From the NCBI GenBank assembly GCA_038087875.1, contig JAXLNO010000146.1, positions 806,001-870,000 on the forward strand: a stretch of DNA of 64,000 nucleotides, read 5' to 3'. Source of the stretch: Malacoraja senta. Taxonomy: Eukaryota. Made by a program: the position numbers and the translations under genes. This document shows positions 13,101 to 26,290 of this stretch, piece by piece. Each line of letters starts with the position of its first letter. Within the stretch, counting starts at the first letter, position 1. A model generated the notes under the pieces. It ran no database searches. It saw only the letters and a program-made list of their open reading frames with translations, and had not been told where the DNA came from.

Positions 13101-13867
13101 TGGGTAGAAGGGAGAATATGAAAACAAAGAACTGCTGATGCTGGACATAAAATGCTGGAGTAACTCAGCAGGTCAGACAGCATCTCTGGATAGAAGGAAT
13201 GGCTGACGTTTCGGGTCGAGACCTTTCTTCAAACTGCTCCACTGCAGATGCTGGTCTACACAAAATATCTGAGTGGGACAGTATCTCTGGAGAACATGGA
13301 TAGGCAATGTTTTGGGTCGGTAATAATGTTAATTGTATCCCTTCGTTATAACCTCTTCCCCAGCCAACAATGGGCCTTTATGGGCTCCACCCTTCCTTGG
13401 TCATCTGTTGCTGGCCCTGATTTGTTCTATATTGGTCCGTGTGTTTAAGAGAGTTAGATTTAGCTCTTAGGGCTAATGGAATCAAGAGGGATTATGGGGA
13501 GAAATCAGGAACAGGGTACTGATTCTGGATGATCAGCCATGATCATATTAAATGGCGGTGCTGGCTCAAAGGGTCGAATGGCCTACTCCTGCACCTATTT
13601 TCTATGTTTCTATTCTTTTCTTACCTCCAATTCCCTCCCCTCTATTTTCAGTCTGAAGGAGAGTCCCGACCCGAAACATCACCCACGTTAGAGCTGCTGC
13701 CTTGCAGCGCCAGAGACCCAGGTTTGATCCACACTATGAGTGCTGTCTGTATGGAGTTTTACGTTCTCCCCGTGACCTTTGTGGGATTTCTCCAGGTGCT
13801 GCGGTTTCCTCCCACATGCCAAAGACGCTAGGGTTTTTAATTTGCTTCGGTAAAAATTATAAATTAC

Positions 13868-14413
13868 CCCGAATTGGTAAAGCTGCATCAATCTTCAGAC
13901 AAATGCAGCCAATATGGTCTAGTGGTGGGATATCCAAGATGCTAAAAGTCAAACTCTTCCAGTCCGCAGTCTTCCCTACAGCTCTCTGTGCCACTGACAC
14001 ATGGAAAATCAATGTGAAGATGAAAAAGAAATTGGATGCATCCCAACAACGTTGCTTGAGGAGGATCCTGAAGACTAGCTACAGAGACCACATCACAAAC
14101 GAGGAGATCTACCGGGAAACTGCAACAAAGCCTCTCAGCCAGGACATGGAGGGACGCAGGATGAAATCTTCAGGACTTGTACTCAGAATGTCAGCAGAAC
14201 GTGCACCTAAGATAGCAATGACATGGCAGGCTGACGGAAGAAGGAAAAGAGGCCGACCAAAACTCACATGAGGTGAACATTCCGGTAGGATTTGGAAGCC
14301 CGTGACGCTAACCTATCGAGGGTGGCAGACGTCGCACATAACCGAACAGAATGGCCAAAGCTTGCTGCCCAATGCACTCAACAGTGTAGGAGGAACTAAG
14401 TCTAAGTAAGTAA
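13868..14413 (+). mobile_element. RTE-clade LINE 3' fragment inserted into a SINE
   Basis: RIGKAASIFRQM...QQRCLRRIL...ITNEEI...GRRKRGRPK, (taag)n tail; SINE halves at 13688-13867 and 14414-14510. Confidence 0.85.
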
Positions 14414-14816
14414 GTGTGTGTAGGATAGCGTTAGTGTGCGGGGATCGCTGATTGGCATGGACTCGGTGGGCTGAAGGGGCCGGTTTCCGTGCTGTATCTC
14501 TAAACAAAACAAAAAAATTACCCATTATTTTTCTCCAGATATGTTGCCCGGCCCATTGAGTAACTCCAGCACTTTGTGTCTATCTCGATAATGTTATTGA
14601 AGGGAGTTACCATAAATAGTGCGTGAACAGCTTAGTGGGAAATCAGGCTTGTGCTTGGATCTGTGATGTGTAAGAGATGGCTGTACTCCCAATACCTAAT
14701 CCATACCATAGAACCAAACTTAGAACAACAAATAAACAACATGCAGAGAGCAGCGGTTAAGGTCAGAGCAGAAAAATAACAGCCGCCACAGCCTAGTGCG
14801 TTAAATATCTCAAAAC

Positions 14817-14822
14817 TTTATT
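14817..14822 (-). terminator. Polyadenylation signal (AATAAA) of the RGL1-like gene
   Basis: tttatt on the + strand, ~180 nt downstream of the stop, at the end of an AT-rich unique stretch. Confidence 0.55.
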
Positions 14823-14998
14823 TTAAAAAACAAATTGATGCACTGAAATTCATTAATAATAGCTATTTTCTTAAAAACTAATTAAAAACAGGGAATATTC
14901 AAAACTACTTACAAAAGTATATATACAGAAGGTTTCACTGATACCGCAGGCAATTTGTGTTTAACATCTGTGTCCAATACCGTAGATACATTTTCTTT

Positions 14999-15111
14999 TT
15001 ACATTAGTGCACTCAATGCTGAGAGAAAGCGCCGAGATTTTGAAACTTTCATGTATGTGGCGGTTCGGGGCAGTCTGTGTCTGATGAACATATTAGTTAC
15101 TGGTGTTTCAG
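14999..15111 (-). CDS. RGL1: RGL1-like gene: terminal coding exon (T)ETPVTNMFIRHRLPRTATYMKVSKSRRFLSALSALM*
   Basis: Long polypyrimidine tract plus ttag| acceptor in phase 1. LPRTA lies 16 residues after FILKKK, the same spacing as recalled RGL1 FILRKK-x16-LPRTA. TAA at 14999-15001, followed by an AT-rich UTR. Confidence 0.75.
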
Positions 15112-15217
15112 CTAAGGTGGACCGGATGAAGGAAGAGAGGGAAAAAAAAGAGTAGGAACTCCAAATCTTTGTTTGTCAGCTTCTTCGAACACTTGCTCAC
15201 TGGAGATCAAGTTGGTT

Positions 15218-15220
<3 letters not shown>

Positions 15221-15268
<48 letters not shown>

Positions 15269-15541
15269 CGGAGAAAGAGAGAGAGACAGAGAAAGAGAGA
15301 GAGACAGAGAAAGAGAGAGAGACAGAGAAAGAGAGAGAGACAGAGAAAGAGAGAGAGAGAGACAGAGAAAGAGAGAGAGTGAGAGAGAGTGAGTGAGTGT
15401 GACAGTGAGAGAGTGAGTGTGAGTGACTGTGTTAGTGAATGTGAGTGAGTGAGTGTGAGTGAGTGAGTGTGAGTGAGTGTGAGTGAGAGAGAGTGTGAGT
15501 GAGAGTGTGAGTAGGTGAGTGAGAGTGTGAGAGAGAGTGAG
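15221..15541. repeat. (GA)n / (GAGT)n microsatellite
   Basis: Seen directly; a similar (GAGT)n tract lies at 26400-26608. Confidence 0.95.
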
Positions 15542-16916
15542 TGTAGTGGTCTTTTGGCTTAATTTTTTGTCATAAATTATGTAATTTGCCTTTAAATGTT
15601 GTCTGCCTGTAATTATGTGGGTGGGATATAGTATGTAGTCGGAGGCGTGTTTGCTGCTGGGATTCTTGGAAGAAACTTGTAGGTTTTTATTTAGTTCGGA
15701 GGAAGCATGGTGGGACAGTATAGCTTTCGACCAATGGTCAGAGCTTTCCAACACCAAAGACGTTTTCTAATGTTTCGGAGCCACATGCTGGAGTTTGACG
15801 AAGATTAAAATGTACTTATCAAGAAGAGGTTTAGATGAATATCTGACTGTTTTACTTTGACAATAAAGAAACTATTAATCAAGAGAGTGTGTGTTGATGA
15901 TTTATCTTTCTACAGCTTTGATTGTCTCGTGGAGAGTTCCCATTCATAAAACAATGCTATCTCCTCACCCCGTGTCTTCTCCTGGTGGCTAGAGGGAGCA
16001 ATTCCTTGAACAATATAATAATCTGGCACTATATCGAGTCGAAAGCTACCTTACAGTCAGGAGGTGGTAGAAGAGGGACAGATTGGCCTGGATCTCTGGA
16101 GAGAGATTACGCCCGAAAATTAGTACCAGAAGAGGAACTGAAGACTGGTTCCTTGGAAGAGGAACTGTAGAAAATAGATCTCGGCCAGCCAGGTTTACTC
16201 CTGAAGCCTTTTCCATGACTGGATATAGCCACAAGGAAGTGGAGGTTTTAAATCAGAGTTTTCCCTCTCCTAGATGAACTGCCTTCCCAGGCTGACGAGC
16301 CCCATCTGCCCGAGACTCGTGGGGACGGGAGCGTCTACCTTCCCGTGCAGGTCTATAGCACCTGCCCACTGCCCAGAATCTTGTGTAGAACAACTATTCT
16401 ACTATGTTGAATTCAGAAGCTGGAATGTTTACTTCAAACAGCTTCTGAAGAGTCTGGAGAAATTTAGTTCTGCTAAAGTTTGGAAAGAAGCCAAGAAGCT
16501 TCTTCGCTTGCCAGTCTGGAAAACAGGAAACAGGAGCCACGCAACGATGGTGCTGGAATGGAAGAGGTGATTACACCACAAGATAATATTTCAAATGTAT
16601 CTACACAAAGATCAGGACATAAATCTGGTTCTATAGCCAGTAAAGCATCAAGGGCCTCTGCTCGAATGGAAGTTGAAGTTGATCTAGCTGCACTCTCAAT
16701 AGAATCAAATACCTTGGAGAAGAAACATGAGATTGAGTGACAAGAAGAACAGCTGAGAGAAGAGATGAGGCGACAAGAAGAAGAGATAAGGTAATGAAAA
16801 GCACACCTGGAACTAGCCACAAAGTTGGCGGTTGCCAAATCGATGATGGAGATAATGAAAAGTGAGGGTTTGTAGATTAACCTTAATGATCCATGCCATT
16901 TATAATCTCCACTACA

Positions 16917-17954
16917 TAGGTATGTTACAAAACTTACCTTCAGTCGCGCTGTAATTCTGCCACTGGCCGTGTGTGCGATTTTGGTGCCTTTAAGGGGGGG
17001 CGGGGTTAAAACGCGGGTTTCTCCTCCCTTGTCCTGGTTAATATTTTGTTGGAGTACAAGCCTTGGCAGACAAATCGTTCCTAGTGGCGATTTGTGTATT
17101 TTTTATTTTTATTAAATCGTCAATGTCAGCGCTGGAGTAATTTTAAAATCAGCTCCTGAAGCGTCAACGCCGATAACGGGGACGGATTTCACACTGGGAC
17201 AGGTAAACGAAAGTGGTTTCTTTAAATGTATAAAAGTGCTTCTTAAGAAGCCTTTAATTCACATTTTTTTATGCGACACGGTGATTTTATTCCCCGAATT
17301 AACAGCAGTATTTTTCATGCCAATACGGGGTTAAATTCACCGCAAATGAACGTTCCAAAAGATCGCGTTCCAGAAATCCTCACTCACAAGATGAATTAAA
17401 TGCCCATTAATTTACAGGTATTAAACATTCAATTCCTTCCATTTGGCCTGTAAATTCATGAAAATTAGATTTAAAAATTGTTAAATTGTGAATTATTGTG
17501 TGAATGTTATTTGGACACTTAGGCTATTTAAAAATGTTAATCTATTCTTAAGAAATTGATAGATGTTTAGACCTAGTAATTGAATTTTGTAATTAGCTAC
17601 AATTAGGTAACTAACTAATTATATGCTTTACTTTCATGTCTTCGAAGTAAGATTGTTTCATATTTGTTTCAGAATGCTTCAATCTATAATAACTGAAAAT
17701 TTCTTTCAGTTATCATAATTTTTAAGAAAGTTATGGGCTTTTAACTGTCCTCGATCACAGCTTTTGTGTTAAGTCAATGGAAAAGCAATAGGGAACTACA
17801 TGCTAATTTCTGAGTATGATAATGGCCATAACTTTTTTAATACTGAAGATATGAAAATGAATTAAGTGTCAAATTAAACTTCTTTTTATGCTTTATCTGA
17901 TGGGATAAATTGCAGACTTTATTTTTTAAATCTCAAAATGTTGTAACATTGCTA
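16917..17954. mobile_element. Non-autonomous TIR DNA transposon (~1.04 kb), copy 1, 7-bp TSD
   Basis: TIR TAGGTATGTTACAA / TTGTAACATTGCTA; CACTACA on both sides. Confidence 0.85.
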
Positions 17955-18246
17955 CACTACACATATGTGCATGCCACCGTTTACATGGTATTACAGTACT
18001 ACACAGCTTTACATTAGCAAGGTCAGCTTGCTCTCGCTCTCTCTCTCACACAAGCCACGCTGAGCTGAATGAGAATGGAGATGCTGCCCACCCAGGGACT
18101 GCTCCATAACTGTAGTAACTGCTGTGGCTCACACCCGAAATTCTGTGAGCAATGCCCCACTTATGACAAAACTTGCCACTACTGCAAAAAGAAAGGCCAC
18201 TTTATCCGGTGCTGCCCCACTCGTGGCAACAGGGCCCAGTCACAAC

Positions 18247-18929
18247 CAAAGATTATAGAGGAGCAAGATGCACCACTCAGCGAAAAACGCGTAGTACGAC
18301 GTGTGTGATTGTCGACGCCATTTTATAGGGCATTTTATAGGGCTGCCCGCATACTGTCATGGCGTCCACATCTACAGCTCGGTGTAAATTGCTCTAATCG
18401 CCGATGTTGACAACTCAACCTGTCTTTCTTCAGATTCCCCAACAACAAAGAAAGGTGAGGAAATATTATTGTTTTCTGTCGACATTATTTTGTCCTGAAA
18501 ATGTTATTTTTTGCTCCCCTATCAACACTCATTGGGAAACTAGGGTCATTGGTACATTAGAAAGATACTAGATTTTTTTTAATAGATCAGTGTGTGTTAA
18601 AACAATACAAGGGAAGCTGCACAATACAATGCAAGGGAAACTACGCAAAGGTGGCGGCTGGGGAGGAAAGATGGGAGGGAAATGGGGAAACGGGGAAAAC
18701 ATTTACAATAAAATTAACTAAAATATGTGAGGTGATAGATGCGCTATATCAAACACTGTTCTCTACAACACTGATTACACCAAGGATGATAGAGCGAGTG
18801 CACAGCGGGAGGCATATCGGAACTCACGTTTGGCTTAAACAAATGGCGGCCGTGACATTCCGTTACATACGACACGTCAGCCCATTGGATTTCGGAGGAG
18901 TGGTCTATCTTGCTCCTCTACAATCTTTG
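18247..18929. mobile_element. Non-autonomous DNA transposon, P-superfamily-like (683 bp, 23-bp TIR, 8-bp TSD)
   Basis: TIR CAAAGATTATAGAGGAGCAAGAT with one mismatch at the other end; perfect TSD GTCACAAC at 18239-18246 and 18930-18937. Confidence 0.85.
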
Positions 18930-19289
18930 GTCACAACAATCTCTCTATGTGCTCGAGCTCACAATTTGCCATGAGGCACTGACTGAAACAGCAGTTCCAG
19001 CAGAACCACGACCGGAGCACCTGCAGGAAGACAGGCAAATCATACATTCCTGTGTACCCGACTCATCATCCACAAACAGTGAATCCATGACAATGCTCAG
19101 TGTCAACAATACCAAAGTTGCTGCAAAGATGTAATGTCATGTCTTTATCAGACTTCCAAGAATTAACAACAACGAAACTGTCATGAAAACAAACTCCAAG
19201 TTACATCCATTTATGGGGGGGAGTTGCAACCGGTTGGTAAGGTCACATTACAATGCCATCTGCAATCTCAGGTTCACAATGTGGATTTC

Positions 19290-19846
19290 TTCATTGTTGG
19301 CTTGGTACGGCAACCTGAGCTTCAAGGAGCTGAAGAGGCTGCAAAAAGTAGTAAACACTGCCCAGTCCATCATCGGCTCTGACCTCCCCACCATCGAGGG
19401 CATCTATCGCAGTCGCTGCCTCAAAAAGGCTGCCAGCATCATCAAGGACCCCCACACCATCCTGGCCACACTGTCATCTCTCCACTGCCATCAGGTAGAA
19501 GGTACAGGAGCCTGAAATCGGCAACATCCAGGTTCAGGAACAGCTGCTTCCCCACAGCCATCAGACTATTAAACACAACTTCAAACAGGCTCTGAACTAT
19601 AACAGCCTATTGCACTTTATCTGTTTACTTATGTGTGTATATTCTATGGTATATGGACACACTGATCTGATCTGCATTTAAGCCAACAATATTCTGTTGC
19701 GCTGCAACAAGCAAGAATTTCATTGTCCTATCTGGGTCAGCCCATGATCATATTGAATGGCAGTGCAGGCACGAAGGGCCGAATGGCCTACTCCTGCACC
19801 TATTTTCTATGTTTCTATGACAATAAACTCTCTTCTTGACTTCTTG
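19290..19846 (+). mobile_element. Rex1/Babar-type LINE 3' fragment inside Gypsy
   Basis: AWYGNLS...LQKVVNTAQSIIGSDLPTIEGIYRSRCLKKAASIIKDP. Confidence 0.8.
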
Positions 19847-21474
19847 TTAATTGGGAAGTGCCGGTCCTTCTGGGCATTGATGCATGCCGCGATATGAACT
19901 TAGTCTCCTTCGGCAAAGCTGTGTTACCAGCTGTCTACCTCTCAAAGTCCCACCCAACAACTAATCGAATAATACAAAGACATTTGTGATAACCAGCTGG
20001 GCAAGATTCCCACAGAATACAGCATTGTAACCGACAAGGAAGTCATACCTGTCGTTCGTTCTCCTCACCAGAATGGATATACTGGGTGTGATAGCCCCTG
20101 TCAATGACCCCTCCTCCTGGGTCTCCACCATGGTCGCAGCAGTCAAGAAGAACAAAGACGAAATAAGGATTTGTATTAACCCTAAAGACTGCCATCAAAT
20201 GACCACATCACCCGATGCGGACGGTGGAAGAGGTCGCAGCCAGCCTGGGTAAAGCTACAGTTTTCTCTGTCCTAGATGCAAAGAACTCATTTTGGCAAAT
20301 ACCGCTAGACTGTGCATCCTCCATGTTAACCACATTTGCAACGCCCTACGGATGCTACCGATTCTTACAAATGCCATTTGCCATCAATTTAGCCAGTGAA
20401 GTTTTCCAATGTACTATGGAACAACTCTTTACTGGCTACCCGTGCACCATAATCATGGATGACATCCTGATCGGCGGGCGCAACAGGTCCTGGATCGTGC
20501 CAGATAAGTCAATCTCAAACTCAACCCCCTCAAGTGCAGGTTTCGGGTCGAGGAAGTGACTTATGTGGGACACGTGTTTACCAACAACGGACTCAGGCCA
20601 GACCCATCTAAAACCATTGCCATCAACGAAATGGCAGCACCTACGGGTGGGATGTGACTGCTCTACAACGATTTCTAGGCACGGAAAACTACCTGGGAAA
20701 ATTAATCCCAAACTTTAGCAAGCTGTCAGCCCCACTGTGACAACTGACCCACAATCATACACATTGGTCCTGGCACCAGCACCAGCATTTGAAACCCGCA
20801 AACAACTAATGTCTTGCGCTCCAACCCTCACATACTTTGATGCCGTGTTACCCGTTACCCTCAAGAGTGATGCCTCCCAGTATGGACTGGGCAGCACTTG
20901 CCTACAAGACGACGGGAAGGGTCACAGACCAGTTGCCTATGTCTCCCGCACCATGACCGACACTGAACAAACTGGGAAGGAGCTACTCACAGTAACTTTT
21001 GCCTGCAAGAAATTCAAGGAGTTTATCTTTGACAACCGGATCACGGTTGAAACCGATCACCAGACCCTGGTCAGTATCCTCAGTAAACGGCACACGGCAC
21101 CAGCGAGTTTACAACGCATGATGATGGCATGATCATCAGAGATATGGCATCAGACTAACCTACAAACGTGGTAAGGACATGCACTTAGCTGACACGCTCT
21201 CATGGGCACCTCACCCAACCTGCGAAAAACACCTGTCTGATGATGAGCATGAGGGGTACATGGTTATGATGGTCTCTTGCCTTCCATCTGCGGACTTAGA
21301 CATCCAACTGGCAAAAACAGCTGCAGACGAAATGCTACAATCGCTGGCCACTGTCGCCCGCTACGGCTGGCCAGACAATCAGCACCACCGGCCGCAGGCT
21401 GTCCACCCATTCTACCCTGTCCGCGATGAACTGGTCATTCAAGACGGCATTATAATGAAAGTACATAAGGCAGT

Positions 21475-21957
21475 TATCCTGAAACTGTGACCCCTTGTTC
21501 TGGACTTCCCCAACATCGGGAACAATCTTCCTGCATCTAGCCTGTCCAACCCCTTAAGAATTTTGTAAGTTTCTACAAGATCCCCCCTCAATCTTTTAAA
21601 TTCTAGCGCGTACACGCCGAGTCTATCCAGTAATTCTTCATATGAAAGTCCTGACATCCCAGGAATCAGTCTGGTGAACCTTCTCTCTACTCCCTCTATG
21701 GCAAGAATGTCTTTCCTCAGATTAGGAGACCAAAACTGTACGCAATACTCCAGGTGTGGTCTCACCAAGGCCCTGTACAACTGCAGTAGAACCTCCCTGC
21801 TCCTATACTCAAATCATTTTGCTTTGAATGCTAACATACCATTCGCTTTCTTCACTGCCTGCTGCACCTGCATGCCTACTTTCAATGACTCATGTACCAT
21901 GCCACCCAGGTCTCATTGCATTTCCCCTTTTCCTAATCGGCCACCATTCAGATAATA
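21475..21957 (-). mobile_element. CR1 fragment inside Gypsy
   Basis: [18 protein letters not shown]...LRGDLVETYKIL. Confidence 0.9.
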
Positions 21958-22479
21958 ATATGTGCATGCCACCCATTACATGGTATTACGGTACTACACA
22001 GCTTTACACTAGCAAGGTCAGTTTACTCTCACAAGCCACGCTCAGCTGAATGAGAATGGCTGGCAGTTTAAATGTTCCTGCTTACTTATGGAATAAAGAC
22101 TGATCTTTTACCATGTGTGTTAGTGTGGATTAATCATAAACAGGGTTCAAGATGCAGCTCGAAAGCATCTGATGCGATGAACTCTTGTTTGAGAAAAGGA
22201 ACAGCTCAAAAAGAAACAACAGCTAAATCAAATCTGCAGCCAGAGGATATCCGGCCTCGTGACTCAGAATTAGCACATGGCCAAAAGATGGACAAACGTC
22301 ATCTCAGCAACTGGGTGCTAGACCGAAGGAAACTACTTATGGGGCATCTGTAGGGACTTGGGACAAACCAACAGCTCAGTACGCTCGCTATTCCGAGGCC
22401 TGATACACAGGCTCGAGCAAGCCAGTATTATTATCAGAGACCTGTCTATCATTCGTTTGCGACAAGCATCGTGAGTTGG

Positions 22480-23390
22480 GTCACGAACTTGAACGAAAAA
22501 GCTCCTTGGCCCACAGCCTAACAGTGGAACTGCAACCAGAAGCATTAAAAGCAGAGTGTTCACGGTGTTGAGGAGACTCAATTCCCAAAGAAAATCTTTG
22601 CGACCACGATGCTGGAAGAGAAGGAAGTAGAATTCCAGGTAGACAGTGCAGCCACATGTAACATCATTCCCAAGATGCATGCAAAGGATGAGGATGAAAC
22701 CAAGCAAGTATTGTCGATGTACAACAATACGACAGTGGTGCCTCTTGGAATAAAGCAAGGTGAAACTAGTAAATCTAAAATATGGAAGGAGATACAAAGT
22801 AGAGTTTGTAGTCCTGGAGGAAGACTGCATTCCAATCCTGGGAAGCAGGGCAGCCCAGCAGATGGGACTCATCTCAGTCTGTACAGAGAACTTAATGGCA
22901 TTGAATGGCAGTGAAATCTCTCTGAGCAAGGAAAGAATGATGGCTGAGTATGCTGATGTGTTTGAAGGGACAGGTAAATTCGAGGGCAAGTACCGTCTGC
23001 AGGTAGATGACAGCGTAACGCCGGTGATCCATCCTCCACGAAGAGTCCCTGTAGCCTTACGGAATAAGCTGAAACAGGAGATAGACAGACTAACAGAAGC
23101 TGAAATAATTGCCCCAGTAGAGACCCACACTCCAAGGGTATCCAGCCTTGTGTGTGTAGAAAAGCCCAATGGAAAGTTGAGAATGTGTTTCGACCCGAGG
23201 GATCTGAACAAGGGGCTGAAAAGAAGTCATTACCCAATGACAACGATTGAAGATGTCCTCACAGACCTGAATGAAGCGAATGTCTTCAGCACGTTTGACG
23301 TCAAGAATGGGTTTTGGCATGTGGAACTGGATGATGAGAGTTCTCAGCTTACGACATTTAACACACCGTATGGCAGATATAGATGGAAAG
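22480..23390 (+). mobile_element. Second Gypsy pol fragment (protease and start of RT)
   Basis: VEFQVDSAATCNIIP; LVCVEKPNGKLRMCFDPRDLNK...FSTFDVKNGFWHVEL...TTFNTPYGRYRW. Confidence 0.88.
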
Positions 23391-24810
23391 AAGCTCCATT
23401 TACGAAAGATAGACTCCCGACAGACACTGAACAGTTTTGGATTGGTGTACTTCAGCATCAGGCATTTAAAGAGCTTGCCACCTTTGCCCTTACTTGCCTA
23501 ATAACCCCTCAGCAATGCTGTCGTTGAGAGGATATTTCTCTTGTATCCTCTGTAAAATCGAAGGCAAGAAACAGAATGCAGCTGAATCTCCTTGATGCTG
23601 TTGTGAAAGTCTATTGCTTTCAAGCCAATGTTGTAGGTATGTTACAAAACTTACCTTCAGCGGCGCTGCAGATCTGTCGCTGTCGATGTGCGCGACTTTG
23701 GCGCCTTTGAGAGGGGGGCGGGTTTAAAATGCCTTGTTTTTCCAGCCTGATCAAATCGATTTCTGTCAGGCTGTTTAGCTGCTAAAGAATAATCGCTTCG
23801 ACTGCCGTTTTATTAAGTTTCTTTTAAACTGCACTGAATATTTTACGAACAGGAGTAAAGTAAAAATAATCTTCTAAAGCCGTCAACGCCGACACCGGGG
23901 ACGGATTTCATGTACGGGACAGGTAAAGGAAAGCCATTTATTTTATATATAAACTTGCTTCTAAGGATGCCTTTAATCAAAATTTCACGTGGCGAAAATG
24001 TCATTATGTAAATATACGAACTGGCAGTATTTTTCCTGCCGATATGAGGTTTAAATTCACCGCAAATGCAACGTTCCAAACCAGCGCGTTCCACAAAAAC
24101 CCACTCGCAAGATTATTAAAATGGCCATTAGTTTACGGGAATTAACCACTAAATTCCTTCCATTTGGCCTATAAATTCATGACCATGAGATTTAAAAATC
24201 ATGTTATAATGTGAATTATTGTGTGAATGTTATTTGAACATTTAGGCTATTTAAAAATGTTAACTTTTTCTTAAGAAATGGATAGATGTTTAGATCTAGT
24301 AATTGAATTTTGTAATTAGCTACAATTGGGTAACTAACTAATTATATACTTTAATTTCAGGTCATCCAAGTAAGATTGTTTCATAATTGTTTCAGAATGC
24401 TTCAATCTATAATAACTGAACATTTCATTCAGTTATCTTAATTTTTAAGAAAGTTATGGGCTTTTGACTGTCCTTGATCACAGCTTTTGAGTTAAGTCAA
24501 TGGAAAAGCAATAGGGAACAAGATGCTAATTTCAGAGTATGAAAATGGCCATAACCTTTTTAATACTGAAGATATGAAAGTGAATTAGGTGTCAAATTAA
24601 ACTTCTTTTTATGCTTTATCTGATGGGATAAATTACAAACTTGAGTTTTAAAATCTCAAAATTTTGTAACATTGCTAAATGTTTCTAAGACTTCACTGCA
24701 TATCGATAAATGCTGAAAAACGTCACATCGGACAAGATGCCGTATGTTCCACTCATTCCAGTGGGGTGGATAGTAATGATCTGATTCTGGAGCTTTTCAT
24801 GAGATATGTG
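23390..24810 (+). mobile_element. hAT transposase C-terminal (dimerisation domain) remnant, interrupted by TIR element copy 2
   Basis: EQFWIGV...FKELATFALTCL, then after a frameshift SNAVVERIFS...KSKARNRM. Confidence 0.7.
23634..24677. mobile_element. Same TIR element, copy 2
   Basis: Same TIRs; flanks AATGTTG / AATGTTT; colinear with copy 1. Confidence 0.85.
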
Positions 24811-24994
24811 TAGAAAAATATATTAAAGATTGTTTGTTTGATGCTGGAAAAACCAAGGTAGGCAAAAATGCTGGAGAAACTCAGCGGGTGAGGCAGCATC
24901 TATGGAGCAAAGGAAACAGGCGACATTTCGGGTCAAGACCCTTCTTCAGGCTGATGTGGTGGTGGAGGGGGGGATGGGAAGAAGAAAGGAAGAG

Positions 24995-26290
24995 TCCCGT
25001 GAGGTGGAGAGGTTCGGCGGACACGTTGAGGCGGCGAGGTTCGGCGGTCCAAGTGAGGCGGCCTGGCCCGGTGAGGCGGTGAGGTTCGGTGGTCACCTTG
25101 AGGCAACGAGGCCCAGTGAAGCAGAGAGGTTTGGCAGTCCCAGTGAGATGGCGAGGCCCGGTGAGGTGGAGAGGGTCGGCGGTCCCGGTGATTTTGCGAG
25201 TCCTGGTGAGGCGGAGAGCTTTGGCAGTCCCGGTGATGCGGCGAGGTACGGTGGTCCCGGTGAGGTCCGGTGAGGCGGAGAGGTTCGCTGGTCACGGTGA
25301 GGTGGGGAGGCCCGGTGAGACGGAGAGATTCAGCTGTCCCTGAGAGATGGCGAGGCCCAGTGAGGTGGAGAGGTACGGCGGTCCCGGTGAGGCGGCGAGG
25401 TACGGTGGTCCCGGTGAGGCAGCGAGGCCCGGTGAGGCGGGGAGGTTCGGCGGTCACGGTGAGGTGACGAGGCCCGGTGAGGTGTAGAGCTTTGGCAGTG
25501 CTGGTGAGGCGAAGCGTTTCGGCAGTCTCGGTGAGGCGGCGAGGTACAGTGTGGCGGAGAGGTACGGCGGTCACGGTAAGGTGACGATCTCCAGTGAGGC
25601 GGCGAGGTTCGGCGGTCCCGGTGAGGCGAAAATGTTCGGCAATTAGACGGAGAGGTTCGGCGGTGCCGGTGAGGGGGAGAGGCCCGGTGAAGCAGTGGGT
25701 TGGTGAGGCCTGGTGAGGCGAAAATGTTCGGGAATTAGACAGAGAGGTTCGGCTGTCCCGGTGAGGTCCGGTAAGGTGGAGAGTTTCGCTGGTCCAGGTG
25801 AGGTGGCGTGGCCCGGTGAGGCAACGAAGTTTGGCTGTGAGGCGGAGAGATTAGGTGGTCCCATTGAGCTGGCGAAGCCCGGTGAGGCGGCGAGCCCCGG
25901 TAAGGCAGAGAGGATCGGCGGTCCTGGTGAGGCAGCGAGGCCAAGTGAGGTGGAGAGGTACGGCGGTCCTGCTGAGGCGGAGAGTTTCGGCGGTCCTGGT
26001 GAGGTGGTGAGGCCCGGTGAGGCGGAGAGGTTCGGCAGTGAGGCGGAGAGGTTTGGTGGTCTCATTGAGCCGGCGAGGCCCGGTAAGGCGGCAAGGGCCA
26101 GTGAGGCGGAGAGGATCCGCGGTCCTGGTGAGGCAGTGAGTCCCGGTGAGCAGGAGAGGTTCGGTGGTCCCATTGAGCCGGCGAGGCCCGGTGAGACGGA
26201 GAGGCACGGTGAGGCGGAGAGGTTCGGCGGTCCCGGTGAGGCAGCGAGGCCCGGAGAGGAGGTGAGGTTCGGCTGTACTGGCGAGGCAGG
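24995..26290. repeat. GC-rich compound minisatellite (ccggtgaggcggagaggttcggcggt / ccggtgaggcggcgaggc)
   Basis: Dozens of degenerate short units over 1.3 kb. Confidence 0.9.

Larger units (their letters stand above)
16871..22142 (+). mobile_element. Gypsy LTR retrotransposon, internally deleted, with 5-bp TSD GGGTT
   Basis: Starts TGTAG, ends AAACA; GGGTT at 16866-16870 and 22143-22147. LTR sequence shared by ~17963-18078 and ~21958-22059. Zn knuckle CHYCKKKGHFIRCC, RT VFSVLDAKNSFWQI...IMDDILI, RNase H SDASQYGLG. Confidence 0.9.
15542..22470 (+). mobile_element. BEL/Pao LTR retrotransposon remnant (LTR ~15542-16055, gag pieces 16480-16870 and 22143-~22470)
   Basis: TG...TTACA LTR-like segment. 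Gag-like SRASARMEVEVDLAAL...KKHEIE resumes in frame across the Gypsy insertion (MKSEG|SRCSSKASDAMNS). Confidence 0.65.

Noticed and set aside
15173..15757. ORFs rich in ER/SL/TH
   Set aside because: Translations of (GA)n/(GAGT)n microsatellites.
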